From Candidatus Krumholzibacteriia bacterium (lineage in GTDB: Bacteria > Krumholzibacteriota > Krumholzibacteriia > LZORAL124-64-63), in NCBI GenBank assembly GCA_036351155.1, contig JAZBOO010000024.1, positions 1-39,173 of the forward strand: a stretch of DNA of 39,173 nt, written 5' to 3'. The notes under the pieces were generated by a model. That model saw only the letters and a program-made list of their open reading frames with translations. It was not told the origin of the DNA and ran no database searches. A program made the translations under genes and the position numbers. Every line of letters begins with the position of its first letter. Position 1 is the stretch's first letter. Positions 38,119-39,173 of the stretch are shown here, one piece after another.

Positions 38119-39173
38119 TCACCGGTCACCCGCCCCCTGGGTGAGCGGAGGATTGCAAGTGAAATCGCCTGCCGCCTCGTCCAGGATTATCCGGAAGTCC
38201 TTGATGGGCGGCGTTTTCGGGGTGTTCGGGTCATTGTCAAAATCGAACAGTTCGGAAGCCATGGCCGCCCTGGAGAGATCCTGACTGGCAATGGACCCCG
38301 GAAAGTTGGGGGTACAGTCGCGCCAGGTCCCCGAGGGCAATTCGCTCAGCGGAGGCCGCACCTGATCGAACAGGTAATAGCGCGCCGGGCGAATCCGGGG
38401 GACAAAGTTACACTGGGTCTGGTCCATCATGAAGGCCCTCACGGTCCCGGCGCTGAGCTGCCGGGTCGAGACATCGAACAGCTGCTGGGCCAGAACCGCA
38501 TCCCCAGCGCCCCATTGAGGTGAGAACGTAAGAATCTGCAGGAAGGTGGCCGATCCCGTGCTGACCAGCTGAGTCGGGACGGCAATCAGGACTTCCAGAT
38601 TCCACAATCCGTCCGAGGGGCTGACCGTCAGGTTCGTGACATCAGTGTCGGCGGCTCCCCAGGTTGAGACCAGAATATCATCGATTCCCCCGCCATCTTT
38701 GATCTCGTTGAAGGGATCGCACTCGTAATCGATCTGGTACTTCCAGGACATGCTGCGCATGAGGGGATTGTCCCAGGCTTCACGGGGGTCATCCTGCCCA
38801 TGCAAGAGCACCTTCATGTTGTAGACATTGCAGGGAATACTGTAATAACTGCCGGCATCCGGAGGATCCAGCTGATAGGTGGGGAACAATGTGTTTCGGT
38901 CGATGGCCAGGAAGATGGAACCCTCGAGTGTCATGTAGGTCCGCCCGGGATCATTGGACGAACCGGCCCCGGCAATATAGATGGTGGTCGGACTGCCATC
39001 CATGCAGGGATGCGTGTCTTCACCTTCATAGCACTCCAGGTCCGGCCCGAACGCCGAAGGCGTGCTGGAGCTGGGCAAGATCTCGATGCACTGCAAACAG
39101 GGCGGATAGCCCACGTCGAAGGTCACCGACGGTGGAGAACCATCACGCCGGCCATGTTCGTCCACCGCCTGCA
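38119..39173 (-). CDS. 3' part of a large Cys-rich exported-type hypothetical protein (truncated by window edge)
   Basis: Frame is open to the window end; QAVDEHGRRDGSPPSVTF resembles the repeat end in the downstream lipoprotein; many Cys. Confidence 0.8.
   Translation of the reverse strand, partial: QAVDEHGRRDGSPPSVTFDVGYPPCLQCIEILPSSSTPSAFGPDLECYEGEDTHPCMDGSPTTIYIAGAGSSNDPGRTYMTLEGSIFLAIDRNTLFPTYQLDPPDAGSYYSIPCNVYNMKVLLHGQDDPREAWDNPLMRSMSWKYQIDYECDPFNEIKDGGGIDDILVSTWGAADTDVTNLTVSPSDGLWNLEVLIAVPTQLVSTGSATFLQILTFSPQWGAGDAVLAQQLFDVSTRQLSAGTVRAFMMDQTQCNFVPRIRPARYYLFDQVRPPLSELPSGTWRDCTPNFPGSIASQDLSRAAMASELFDFDNDPNTPKTPPIKDFRIILDEAAGDFTCNPPLTQGAGDR

Overview
A GC-rich bacterial chromosomal segment with almost every gene on the minus strand; only the first gene is on plus. 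About 22 kb is housekeeping: folE, purN, a Nudix hydrolase, lnt, purM, a PfkB kinase, argS, rsfS, a polyprenyl synthase, tatC, nrdR, glyA, rpiB, an LMW-PTP, tsaC, purE, purD, carbamate kinase and a class I aminotransferase, plus two NtrC-type regulators; ppdK lies further right. From about 23.7 kb onward sit poorly characterised envelope genes: a lamin-tail protein, two probable outer-membrane beta-barrels, a vWA membrane protein, an Asp-box propeller protein with a T9SS/FlgD-like C-terminal domain, and large Ig-repeat proteins. The gene content suggests an FCB-group organism, possibly Krumholzibacteriota/Latescibacterota-like (inference). The most notable observations are: (1) a lipoprotein gene interrupted mid-domain by an in-frame TAG at 37415-37417; (2) an NtrC-like regulator with a degenerate AAA+ domain; (3) a lamin-tail/barrel/barrel trio with T9SS-like cargo signals; (4) several structured intergenic RNA candidates; (5) an ArgS lacking the HIGH motif. 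No rRNA, tRNA, CRISPR array or mobile element was recognised.
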